From Okamejei kenojei (taxonomy: Eukaryota): a stretch of DNA of 64,000 bases. Below the pieces are notes generated by a model, which was not told where the DNA came from, did no database searches, and worked only from the letters and a program-made list of their open reading frames with translations. Position 1 is the stretch's first letter; the number at the start of each line of letters is the position of its first letter. A program made the translations under genes and the position numbers. Location of the stretch: positions 19,716,001-19,780,000 of the forward strand of contig CM069152.1 of the NCBI GenBank assembly GCA_035221665.1, read 5' to 3'. Below, in pieces: positions 1 through 11,231 of the stretch.

Positions 1-14
1 AATGTCGTATTATT

Positions 15-250
15 TTGGAGGAGATGTTAAACAATTATCCTTTCTCGTCCCTCGGGTAGAAGTCAATAGACACACCGTAATTTCTGGCAAATATTTGTCC
101 CTCGATAAAAATCAGACTATCTAGTCATTGTGGTGGCTGGAAACTTGCTGTGCGCTTACACGTTGCCACATTGCAACAGTGACCATAATGTACAATTACT
201 TAGTTGTCTGAAAAGTACGTTAAGGTATCCTGAGTTGTGAGAGCAACTGG
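15..250 (+). mobile_element. Degenerate Deu-domain SINE (SacSINE/AmnSINE-like) relic
   Basis: Spaced motifs CTGGCAAATATTTGTCCCTC, CAGACTATCTAGTCATT, CTTGCTGTGCGC, CATTGCAACAGTGAC and TCCTGAGTTGTGA follow the order of the DeuSINE core and tail as I recall it. Confidence 0.55.
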
Positions 251-1650
251 ATAATTGAAAATCCCACGGTTCATTCAGAACACCCAGAACATTCCCACTG
301 TGTAGAATCTTCCATTGTGGGGCAGGCACGCTTGGAGATTTGCACTGGATTTGTGTAAGCACAGATCAAAGTGGCGCTTAGACTTGGTCACATATTCCAG
401 CACCAGCAGTAATATTTAAAAACAATCGCGATCATGTTATCGTTTCCACCACGCCCCCTTTTTTAGACTATATTACCGCTGCATGTTCAAACAATTCGCG
501 CCTTTAAAGGGGAAGAGGCGGATCGACCAATTTGCGGCTGAATATGACATCATTTAGTAAACCATCTAAGCTGCTCATAGATTTGATATGATTATGCTAA
601 CAATTCATTCGAAGCAGTTATGGGTTAAGCAAAGGTAGAGTTTTAACTTTTGGGGAGAAAAATAAACAGATAGGCCCGCCAATGGGACCTGTGTAAAATT
701 AACATGAAAGGCAAGACGCAGCGAAACACTGCTTATACATTAAACCTGTGTGCTTATGGTTGCAGGTATTGACATGAGAATGTGCTCTCGAACGCAGTTA
801 AAGATGTGCAGTCGCACTGGTAAATGCGATGGGTGCCTTAAATCTCAGGCAGTGTGATTCCGTCTGCAGAGTAGACGGCAACGCTCAGAATGCAAAGCAG
901 CGGGGGGCGTTCTGCCCACTTATGCATTCAGCTTGCTGTCAATCTCTGCTGAATTGTAACTAACGGGCTCCAAGCCCGACCTGGTCGCCTTTGTGTTCCC
1001 AGTTAATGTCGCTGCTGCATACTCCCAATCTTTTTTTTTTCCCCCAAACATTTTGAATTATTGAAGGGAATCGGTCGCGGCGCAGCCCAATTTATTGCGG
1101 GCAGCCTGGAATTGGAAAGTAATGTAATCTAACAAGCGGTTCGTTGTATGAGAGCGATCACATTACGTGTTCTTTGTTTCCTTAAACCCGTGTGAGGGCT
1201 GACATTATTAATAAGCCGATTACCTGGCATAGCCTCACCTTTTTTTTCCCCGTCAACATTCCGGACGATATCCTTTCTGTCGCACGTCTCCGGTCGTTCC
1301 CCGTTTGTTTTTACTGGGGCGACATTGGGAACTTGATGTTAAATGTGATTTTTCCTCTCCGTTCACCAGACGAACAGAGCGCACGGTTGATAAAGGGCGC
1401 TTAGTCTCTCGCCCAGGCTCGCCACGTTTCAAGCGCAACCGCCTCAGTCTCGGCGCAAATCAATCACTGCCCATTTTAATCATCTGTGGGATCTCCGCTT
1501 GACGCAGGGCCGGAGCGCAGCGAGGAGCAGCCGCCTTTCAGGCCGTTCCCGGCCCTGGATTTCTGGGCGAGTTGGGTTGAAACTAGACCTTTTTTGAGAA
1601 AATATGCGAGACACAGGCACTTCCGAAGTGGAGATCCGGCAGCCGTCCAG

Positions 1651-1659
1651 CGGGTGAGT
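1651..1659 (+). other. Candidate 5' splice donor CGG|GTGAGT
   Basis: Strong U1-consensus match at the end of a CpG-rich block. No transcript evidence. Confidence 0.3.
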
Positions 1660-1816
1660 GAGCCGGCTGCAAGGAGCAAGTGTGGAATGTGAGGTTAAAG
1701 CAGGCGTTAGAGTGGATGGGAGAGGCGGGAGGGGATATTTAGCAGACCCATCTCTAATTCCAACCCCGCTATCCCATAACCACACCCAAGTGTTAAGCGG
1801 ACTCTGACTAATACTG

Positions 1817-1850
1817 TATAAAGGACGCTAGCGGGTTAATCTCCGGACAT
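1817..1850 (+). promoter_or_regulatory. Candidate TATA-box core promoter, predicted start ~1848
   Basis: TATAAAG at 1817-1823 in GC-rich context, TAATCT homeodomain-type site at ~1838, and Inr-like ACATT about 30 nt downstream of the TATA. Confidence 0.5.
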
Positions 1851-1877
1851 TTCAGCACCGCCGGGCCGGACAGCTCC
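1851..1877 (+). promoter_or_regulatory. Non-canonical (wide-spacer) RE1/NRSE REST site
   Basis: Left half TTCAGCACC, 8-nt spacer GCCGGGCC, right half GGACAGCTCC. Confidence 0.65.
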
Positions 1878-3110
1878 CAGCGCAGTGGCCGAGCTCAGCG
1901 CGGATTGGGAAGCGCTTTCCGCTTTGCCTCGAGTGCGCTCCCGATTCTTGAGCAATAGTTTAAAGTGTACACTGGTGCTGCAACCATCCGCACTCGGCTA
2001 CGGGCTCACACACGAGGCGCGCTCGGCCTGAAAAGTACCAACTTTCTGTCCCCGTGCCGGAGCGAGTGCCGTCGAAGAGTCTCCGAGGGGTCTCCCAACC
2101 AAATTGACACACGCTTATCGCGCGTAACTTCCCCCATCTTCTCTCTCCCCCCCTCCCCCCCCCCCCCTCCTTATACCCTCTGTTCCCGCATGTTTATGGC
2201 CCAACTGGCTTCTCAGTCTGTTCCGAGGGAAGGTTGTGTCCCCTGCCGGTATCCCGGGAACCTCCTGTACAGGCACCTGTCCAATGCCACAGGTTGCCGC
2301 AGTCCCTTTGACAACCCTGTTTAACTGGACGGTGCGTTTATTACATTCATGGCGTTGCATTGTCCAAGGCAAACCGCAGCTCAGAGCTGTAATGTGTTTC
2401 GTAACGGGGCTTTCTTGAAAGGTTTTGCGCTCCCTCGGTTATCTGTTGCTCTGATGGGCGTTAGGACCCTGGTATTTCCGGACCGTGAGACGCCGCGGAG
2501 TGAGACCTGTGTCCCGCACTAGGAGGAGCCGCCAAGTGCGGTCGGCAGTGAAACTCCAGGAGGCAAGAGGGCTGTCTCCTGGTCACCAATTTAACAGCAA
2601 ATCGCTAATTATGCCCAGCAAAATAGAACCCTTTTTATCGTGTGATAATTGTAGGGCACAGTGTGAAGCTCATGCCCGCTGTGGCTGGATGCAGGAGAGT
2701 GTGTGTGTGTTTATGGCAAGTTTGCAACGTCTGTTGCGCGGACATCCGGAGCCAACCCTACCCAGGCGGCCGTCAGCCCTTGTTTGTATTTGCTGGAGGC
2801 GGTGAAACGATCTGCGCGGTTCATAACCAGACCAGAACGCAACTCTCAAATCGGATGAAATTAGATTGAAGGCAGTTGCGGTCTGCGAAGACCATCAACA
2901 AGCGGAGTTTCGAAAGGCCAGCTTCCCCCCTCCCTCCACCACTTAACTCTTACTCTCCCCTGTCCCCGCCCCTTTACATGTATTTGCCCTCTTGTGGAAA
3001 GCTTTGAAGGGCCAGTGTTTCCGGTGGGTGCAATGGTACCTGGAACTGGAAGTTGGGCTGTGTGTAGGGACGGGCGATCATCCAAAATCAGTAACCAGTA
3101 ACCCGTGTCT

Positions 3111-3467
3111 CCCCTTATCCCTTGATTCCGCTAACCCCCAGAGTTCTATCTAACTCTCTTTTAAATTAATCCAGTGAATTGGCCTCTACTGCCTACTGTG
3201 GCAAAGAATTCTACAAATTCACAACTCTCTGGTAAAAAGTGTTTTCTCATCTCAGTTTAAATGGCCCCTTTATTCTTAGTGGCCCCCTGATTCTGGACTC
3301 CGTCAACATTGGGAACATTTTACCTGCATCTAGCTTGTCCAGTCCTTTTATAATTGTACACGTTTCTATAAGATCCCCTCTCATCCTTCTAAATTCCAGC
3401 GAATACAAGTCCAGTCTTTCCAATCTTTCCTCATATGACAGTCCCGCCATCCCGGGGATAATCTCGT
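3111..3467 (-). mobile_element. CR1/HER1-type LINE 3' fragment
   Basis: ORF 3247..3549(-) contains IPGMAGLSYEERLERLDLYSLEFRRMRGDLIE, the typical CR1 ORF2 C-terminus. Confidence 0.9.
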
Positions 3468-4861
3468 GATGGTGCCCCAGTTGCTTGTCTGTTTTGTTTA
3501 CGTTCTCTCCTGCTGCACGTTTCTTGAAAATATTTGGGGAAAGGAGCACGGTTTACACACAAGGACCTCTGGTAAATTAGGGGCACCGGTTGATGAAAGT
3601 GACACTGAGAGAACACAGTTTAAAATTAAAGTTATTTACTGCGGTGCACTGGTACTTAATGGAGGAGCCGGGCAGGTTATATTTACCGAGAGACATAATC
3701 TAATGCCTTCAAAGTTGACAGAAGCCCGCCTTGAAGGCCACTCCCGGGACGTGCCTTTACTTCACTCACGGCCCCTTACAGCGTCGCAAATATTCGGAAG
3801 TTTGGGGCTGAGGTTCAAAGCAAATGTCATGGCCTGCTGGTTCACTGTTCCCGAAGATCTCCCTTTCAGTCCGAGGGACTGAGTATGTGTTGGCTGTGGT
3901 GGAGCAAAGGGATTTTTGGAAGTCTTAAAATGCGGTCTAAGTGGGATGAGAGGTTTTAGTGAACTTTCGGACAGATTCCCTAAAATATAACACTTATTTT
4001 GAGACTAGGTTTTTGCCACTTATGTACGGCGTTTCCTACTTTTGCCGTATTTCACTAGCCTGGCCTCATGGCAGCGACGGGCTGCGTTGATAATTTAAGC
4101 GGTAATGCTTTACTTGTTTAATTAAAATTGTTTTCCTGTGGTATATTTAGATTTACGCCTGCTCTGTTGAGCAGACGCACCCGCTCGCCTGGGCTGGCTC
4201 GTTAGTATCTAACGCTAGCCTGTGTACTTTCTCTCCTATTTATCTTGATGTAAGGTCGATTGAGTCAGCTGTTTTGTATGCGAGGTATCTGAGCTGAGGA
4301 GAGGGAGAGCGTGCAGTGGTTACAGAAAAGGCGAGCTTCAGGTCCGAAGAGGCTGGCGTACGACGAGATTTTGCAGGGAGATAAGAGAACCGTGTTCGCC
4401 TTTCCGTGGGAGGAATCTTGCAGGAGGCGAGATGGACATCGAACGGCAACAGATCTGATGAGCCGGTTGATAAAACCTCAGAGCTGCTGCCTGCTGTGAC
4501 AATTCGCCATGTGTTCGTTCCTGAGGGGGCTGGCACTCGGGAGATTTAAGGGGCGTCGGTACTCGGGAAATTGGTGAGCAAGCGCTCCTCCCGCGGTGGT
4601 GGGAGTGGGGGTGGGGTGGGTTGGGCGGTTGTGAGACGCCAAAGAGATTTCATAATTAAAACGTGGAAATTAAAAAAAAAACACTCCCAGAGGCAGACTG
4701 AAGAGGAGAGAGAGATTGGGAGGGGAGGAGGAACTAACCCGGAGAATGAAAACCCACAAGCGCCTGGCGGTCCAACCCTGAACACTGTGGTGACGGGAGA
4801 AGGAGTCAGCGAGCGGGCGGTGGGCACGCATGCCGGGCAACCCCGCGCCCGAGGACCAGCC

Positions 4862-4890
4862 GACACACACACACACAGACAGACAGACAC
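4862..4890. repeat. (CA)n/(CAGA)n microsatellite
   Basis: gacacacacacacacagacagacagacac. Confidence 0.85.
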
Positions 4891-6145
4891 CCTCGGGCGC
4901 TCCCTCAATCCGACAAGGTGCATGTCTCGGCGCCACAAGCATTTGAATAATGCGCGAAAATCAATCATCTAAAACGGAATTTAATAATAATTTGACGAAA
5001 CTTCACGCCGAGAGAGCGTGTGGAAGAGAGGAGGGAGAGAGGAAAGAGTCGACTGGGATCAATGAAATCCAGCCCAGGTACTGCGCTAATCGGCACTTAT
5101 CCAGTCCTCGTCTCTGCTTCTGAATTCAGTTTGACATGGGCCGGGGATCGGCGGTACGAGGGCGTAAAAGGGCTGATGTGTTCACTCTGCGATTTGAAAG
5201 GATCCGCCTTTAAAAGGGCGCGATCAGCCCCGCTCCTGTTAGAACTGCTCGGGTCTGGGCTAAGGTCGAACAACGCGCAGCTTGCAAGGTAAATCGTCCC
5301 GCAGTGAAGGGAACGACGCGGGGTGAGATGACTTGGGTTATGTCCGAAACTGCAGACAAAGAAGGGGTTTAACGGGTACCGGTGGTCGGCGGGTCAGCTC
5401 CGAGCGGGGCTTCAGGGCACTGGAGCTCCCGGGGACTATTCCAGCCACACTCGCACTATCATGTCGCTTTGTAACTTCCGAAACTATGCAAACTCTTACC
5501 TGTAGGAGGCAGCCGGTATTTACAAGCTCTCCGGCAGTCCAGTAAATAGGTGTGCTCTGTAATCCAAGTCCACCTGCCAACTTTAGCCAAGTTACACTTG
5601 GAAGTGTTCCCTTATATTTCGTGTATGTTCGCAGGGAATCGAGGGGTATATTCGGCGCTGTCTGCGGATGTAGTGAAGGGCTTTAATTAGAAAACATAAA
5701 AGGCAAAAATGTCCAATGGCGGTAGACCAAACCGACAAGAGGGAGCAGGGTTGAAGATGGTGGAGTTTGGACTTGCTTACCTGCTCTAATCTCAATGCCC
5801 TCCTGTAAGGGCGGAAGGTGCCGCGGGGGGGGGGGGGGGGGGGGGGTTCAGAGTATTGTCAACAGAGGATAAATAATTGAGGGGGAACAACTGCAGGTCA
5901 ATGATAAAAGAGAGGGGAATTGAACTGCCTGAATGGTGTTTACAAAGAGCTAGTTCAGACGTCTTGTTATCTTTCTGTGCAATGTGGCATTAATGGTGCA
6001 CAGCGACTGTTCTTTAGCTGTTGATTCGTTTATTTTTCACAATTCCTTGAGTGAGACGTATCTTCACTCATCGCCCCCTCCCTGCCCTGTAGTAAAACCG
6101 AGCCAGAATGCTCAACATCGAGATGGCTCATATTGTGAATTCTAA

Positions 6146-6166
6146 TTCAGCACCATGGACAGATCA
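6146..6166 (+). promoter_or_regulatory. Canonical RE1/NRSE REST binding site
   Basis: TTCAGCACCATGGACAGATCA matches TTCAGCACC-nn-GGACAG exactly. Confidence 0.85.
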
Positions 6167-7924
6167 AACGTGTTAACCCGCCAGTCATCCCTTTATTTCA
6201 TTGCTGTAAAACCAAGGATTTTTTATTTTTTTTTGCGGGTTAAAGTGGGATACACATCTCAACCTCTTGTAAGTTTCTCACTCCCTCCTGTTGCTCCCGG
6301 CGGTGCGTGCATCTGAATTCCTTGCCTTCGGGCCGCGAGTCTGCTTTAAACTGGCGCACCGACTGTAGCAAGAACGGGGAGGTGGGTTGTGATGGATTCC
6401 TAGTGTTTCTGTCTTCCAAACAATGTACACGAATTCGCGCGTGATGGCGTGAATCAGCGCAGGGTCATCCGGATAGACACCTACGCGTATTCTAGGAGAT
6501 GGAAATGGTGGTGTCGTGGCATTTCGGGCTCCGCTACCCCACGGGTACCCGGTGATGTGTTTGCCAGCGAGGAATGTCTCGGTAATATGTTTTAAATGTA
6601 TTTCTTTGCATCAAGGGTGTTTGAGCAAGGTGGGGTCCCCCTCAAGTAGCGGGGCTTCGGACTAAAGGGCGGAGGGCAGGGTCCGGTGTGTGTAAATGTG
6701 TCTCGGTGTAGAGGGCGTGTGTTGAGCCATGCCGAGCACATTTGCGATCACTGATTAAATCCAGCCGGGGAGTGGGTTCATCCAAAGCAAGCCAATCTTC
6801 TATGGCTAAATACGTGTTAAATGCCCACTCACCCCCAGCTGTGGTAGCCCAGGGAACCGAGACAGGAAAGGCGAGGTCGCGTGAAATGGGCTCCCTAAAA
6901 GACATCGGGGAACAAACAATAAAAGGAATTGCGCTCGGTCGCCAATTGAGTGATATCATGTGCAAATGTAGGGAGCGGTGTCACTGAAGCGTGCAGAAGG
7001 GAACAGCCCGGATTCCATCAGTAGCCTCTCCCATACAACAGGTTGAGGCGGTCTGAAGATCAATGTCCCCGAGAGGCAAAGAATTAAGCAAAAGGGCTTC
7101 TCCATTCCGCATTTATCGGAATAAATACCACAGCGTGGATTCCACTGAGTCTACATTGATCATCTCGGGGCGGATGGTACACATTGTCAACGCGCCCGCA
7201 AGTGCAGGATCGAACATGCCATCCCGCAGGCAGACGTTGTTTTACCAAGGGCTTAGTGGTGTAGAATCTCGGCACCTTGAGAACACTCCTTGCGCTCATT
7301 TACCTCGGTAAATATGGACTTTTGCGTGTTCTGTCTGAACCGAAGGCCTGGGCTCTGTTGCAATGCTCAAGAAGTTTCCGCGGGTAGAAAGTTTGAAAGG
7401 GGCCCGGTGAACTTTCTTGTGCGGCCGGCGCTAAATTTAGCCCGATATTGTGTTAGCTTCGAGGAAAGTTCCGATCGGTCAAAGCCTACGACGCACACGG
7501 CGAAAACCCGCTGAGAGGGTGAGTGAGGGCTGGCCAAGGGTAGTGTGAAGTGTCTGCTTCAGGCAATGTTGCAGCCCAACCCTTATTCAGGGCGAGAGGC
7601 AACGCAAGTAATTGTCCAAAGTAGCTATAATCAACGATTTTGGATAAATATTTAAATTAAACCTTAAATGATTTAATTCCAGTGACGTTTCCATGTATTG
7701 GGAGGTGCTGGGACCTTCTCAGTGATTGGACTGTAATCCCACACCATATTTCATCTTTCCGTGCGCATATTGGATTGGGCATGCTTGCATCAGTATCCGC
7801 ATCAATGAATTTCCAATCATTCCCCGGTAGCCCCTTCACAAATACTTCTAGATTCATTCATGACGGAGAAACTTAATTGTGCAAGGAGGGCGTTTAGATC
7901 TGAGATAACTCTATATAGAATGTG

Positions 7925-8829
7925 CAGTGCCCTCCATAATGTTTGGGACAATGACCATTTTTAATTAATTTGCCTCTGTACTCCACAATTTGAGATTTGT
8001 AATAGAAAAAAAAATCACGTGGTTTAAGTGCACGTCAGATTTTAATAAAGGCCATTTTTATACATTTTGGTTTCACCATATAGAATTTGCAGCAGTAGTT
8101 AATACCATATCCTTTGCATGTAATGGCTGCTTGAAGTCTGTGATTCATGGACATCACCAGTTGCTGGTGCCTTCTCTGATAATGCTCTGCCAGGCCTGTA
8201 TTGCAGCCATCTTTAGCTTATGCTTGCTTTGGGGTCTAGTCCCCTTCAGTTTTCTCTTCAGCATATAAAAGGCATGCTCAATTGGGCTCAGATCGGGTGA
8301 TTGACTTGGCCACTCAAGAATTGACCATTTTTTAGCTTTGAAAAATCTCCTTGAGCAGTATGTTTGCTTTAGCAGTATGTTTGGGATCATTGTCTTGCTG
8401 TAGAATGAACCGCCAGCCAATGAGTTGTGAGGCATTTGTTTGAACTTGACCAGATAGGATGTCTATACACTTCAGAATTCATTATGCTACTACCATCAGC
8501 AGTTGTGCCATCAACAAAGATAAGTGAGCCAGTACCTTCAGCAGCCACACATGCCCAGGCCATAACACCCCCACCACTGAGTTTCACAGATGAGGTGGTA
8601 TGCTTTGGATGTTGGGCAGTTCCTTCTCTCCTCCATACTTTACTCTGGCCATCACTCTGATATGTTAATCTTCAACTCATCTGTCCATGTCCTTTTTCCA
8701 GAATTGTGGTTGCTCTTTTAAGTACTTCTTGGCAAACTGTAACCTGGCCATCCTATTTTTGTGGCTAACCACTATTTATTCAAATAAATAAATGATGGGT
8801 CTTTGACCCAAACATTATGGAGTGCAGTG
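7925..8829 (-). mobile_element. Internally deleted Tc1/mariner DNA transposon with both TIRs
   Basis: Left TIR CAGTGCCCTCCATAATGTTTGGGACAATGACC pairs with right GGTCTTTGACCCAAACATTATGGAGTGCAGTG, followed by TA (left flank reads TG). Minus-strand transposase remnants include GGGVMAWAC and WPSQSPDLSPIEH. Confidence 0.93.
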
Positions 8830-9118
8830 TACATCAAAATGATGACTGGTTGTAAGGAGCAGTGAGAGAATATTTGTACCTTACCAGAAGAAGAGGCCAT
8901 CAGAGGGGAGAAGTGCAAATTAATCTATACAAAGATCGGGTAGAAAACTGGAGATGTTCAAGGCAGCGAGTTATCTTGGTTTGAAAAGGTACCTCAAAAA
9001 GGGAGAGGGGGGGGGGGGGGTGGAAGCAGATTCAATGGTAACATGTCAATGGGACATTTGAGAACTATAACAAGACTACCAGAGAGCAAGGCAGCATCAG
9101 AGAGTGGGTCGAGTGGTC

Positions 9119-9510
9119 TCATAAGGATTGGTAGTAGAATTAGGCCATTTGGCCCATCAAGTCTATTCCACCATTCAATCATGGCTGATCTATCTCTCCC
9201 TCCTAACCCCTGTCTCCTGCCTTCTCCCCCATAACCTCTGACACCCATAGAAACATAGAAAATAGGTGCAGGAATAGGCCATTCGGCCCTTCGAGCCTGC
9301 ACCGCCATTCAATATGATCATGGCTGATCATCCAACTCAGTATCCTGTACCTGCCTTCTCTCCATACCCCCCTGATCCCTTTAGCCACAAGGGCCACATC
9401 TAACTCCCTCTTAAATATAGCCAATGAACTGGCCTCAACTACCTTCTGTGGCAAATAATTCCACAGATTCACCACTCTCTGACTAAATAATTTCCTCCCC
9501 ATCTCATTCC
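9119..9510 (-). mobile_element. Two adjacent CR1 3' ends of different subfamilies
   Basis: Two copies of the CCATTCAAT(..)CATGGCTGATC 3' region. The second starts at a CATAGAAA-repeat tail (~9246) and encodes FSQRVVNLWNYLPQKVVEASSLAIFKRELD. Confidence 0.88.
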
Positions 9511-9769
9511 TTTAACTCGACAACACCATCACACTGAGAACGGTCTCAGTTTGGAATGAGAGAGACTGGTTTCAGTTTTCTGTCTCCGGAGACTAGACAA
9601 CTAGATAACTAGACACAACGTTAGACCTCATGCTGTAGAACATTTTCCCTGGTCAGCCCGTTAACTGTTTAATATGTTGTTAAAGTGACCGAATCCCTAT
9701 CATAAAGTATTTCATACCTAAACTGCAGTAGTGTTGTGATTATTAATTTATTGATTGTTTATACATAAT

Positions 9770-10240
9770 CTGTGCAGGTTTGTATATTGCATGTGTGTAC
9801 TGTATGTTCACAGGCCTGTTATACTGCTGCAAGCAAGAATTTCATTGTTCTGTATTCGGCACATATGACAATTAAACATGTTTGACTCTCTGATTAAGGT
9901 CAGCTAGGTTTTGTTTCTGTCTTGGGTTCAAGTTTATTTCTATCATGCGTACAATGAAACGCTTTATTTTGCATGCTAGCCAAACAGATCAGATAATATA
10001 ATACCATACATAAATACAATCGAGCACAATGGGTCGAGCAAAGGGGAAGATACAGAGTGCAGAATATTGTAGTGCATTAGTTCCACAGGCAAAGTCCAAC
10101 GTTCACAATGCGATAATGGTGAATAAGACATTGCGCTAGCTTGTGGAAGGGCCGTTCAGAATCCTGACAACAGAAGGGAAGCGTCTGGTGGTGCACCACC
10201 GACGGGAAGAGTCTGAAGCTTATGCCTGACAAGGACAGGG
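9770..10240. mobile_element. Two tail-to-tail LINE 3' ends, probably Rex1/Babar-like (+ 9770-9890; - 9925-10240)
   Basis: GCTGCAAGCAAGAATTTCATTGT...CATATGACAATTAAAC on +, and GTACAATGAAA...CCGTTCAGAATCCTGACAACAGAAGGGAAG resembling the Rex1 tail at 21.5-21.7 kb. Confidence 0.5.
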
Positions 10241-10243
10241 AGA

Positions 10244-10512
10244 AGCGCAGCGGTTGAGTTGCTGCTTTACAGCGCTAGAGACCCCGGTTCAATCCCGACT
10301 CTGGGCACTGCCTGCATTGAGTTTGTATGTTCTCCCCGTGACCGCGTGGGTTTTCACCGAGTGCTCCGGTTCCCTCCCACACTCCAAGATCGTACACGTT
10401 TTTAGGGTCAATTGGCTTCAGTAACTTTGTAAGAATGTGTGTTGGATAATGTTAGTTGACGTGGGTGATCGCTGATTGGCGCAGACTCTGGCCAAAGGGC
10501 CTCCCCCTGTGT
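10244..10512 (+). mobile_element. HE1-type V-SINE
   Basis: tRNA-like head (GCGCAGCGGT...GGTTCAATCCC), V-core GTTCTCCCCGTGACCGCGTGGGTTTT...CTCCGGTT and CR1-like tail AAGGGCCT. Confidence 0.88.
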
Positions 10513-10704
10513 CTCACACGTTGTGTGATGATTTTGCTGTGTTACAATACTGCCGTGCAGTGATTCAGGGGAGGGTTGCTAACGAGGCTGCTAGGTAGGT
10601 CTCTTAGACATTCTCCCCCCCCCCCCCCCCCCCCCCCCCCACTCGGCCCGGGAAATGTCACAAAATGTAATAAATCTGCTGAAGGCGATCAACTCTAGAA
10701 GTGC

Positions 10705-10805
10705 CCCACCCCGAAACGTCCATTCCCTCCACATGTGCTATCTGACCCGCTGAGTTCCTCCAGCACTTTGTGTTTTGCACACGATTCCTGCACCTGCAGT
10801 TCCTT
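10705..10805 (+). mobile_element. Penelope pLTR-derived short repeat, 5'-eroded
   Basis: CCCGAAACGTC...TGACCCGCTGAGTTCCTCCAGCACTTTGTGT...CCTGCAGTTCCT, homologous to the terminus of the element at 54937. Confidence 0.75.
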
Positions 10806-11209
10806 TGCCTCGGCTCCGTTGGACCAACCCAATCTCTCCTCCGCTCTATATTGCATTCTGATCTCTTCCAATTAGTCCCAATTTCATTCTGAAGAGGTGG
10901 TGAATGCCGCGTATTCGACCTTGACCTTATGCTGTCCCGCAGTGTGTCCAGGTACCGTGCAATCCATTCTCTCTGCTTGGGTTTTATTCCGGAGACGCGT
11001 GGTAATCTTGAAACTAGCTTGTTCATTGTATACAAACTTACCTGGTATCAAGTTTCATTTATCCTTTCACCTCGTTTATGGTTTCTTTGTCTGGGGCCGT
11101 AGATGCGGCTCGTCAAAAAAAATCTCGACACCAATTTTGCATAGCCAGGCTGTTCCATCTCTATGTCCATAAAGCCAGACACTCCAGCGCCGGGGCTTGT
11201 TTAGTACAA

Positions 11210-11231
11210 GTTAGTTAGTTAGTTAGTTAGT
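11210..11231. repeat. (GTTA)n microsatellite
   Basis: gttagttagttagttagttagt. Confidence 0.9.

Noticed and set aside
4240-5292. Several 60-140-aa ORFs in the CpG-rich region
   Set aside because: No recognisable domain, they overlap on both strands, and such ORFs are expected in GC-rich DNA.
6481-6553. Minus strand ends in AGAATACGCGTAG, identical to the 3' 13 nt of miR-137 as I recall it, with a weak 5p-like CGGGTA upstream
   Set aside because: The seed (TATTGCT) is absent, the arm spacing is too long and there is no convincing hairpin. Probably chance.
10899-10924. GGTGAATGCC and GACCTTGA resemble pieces of pre-miR-124
   Set aside because: No TAAGGCAC seed, and the pieces are in the wrong order.
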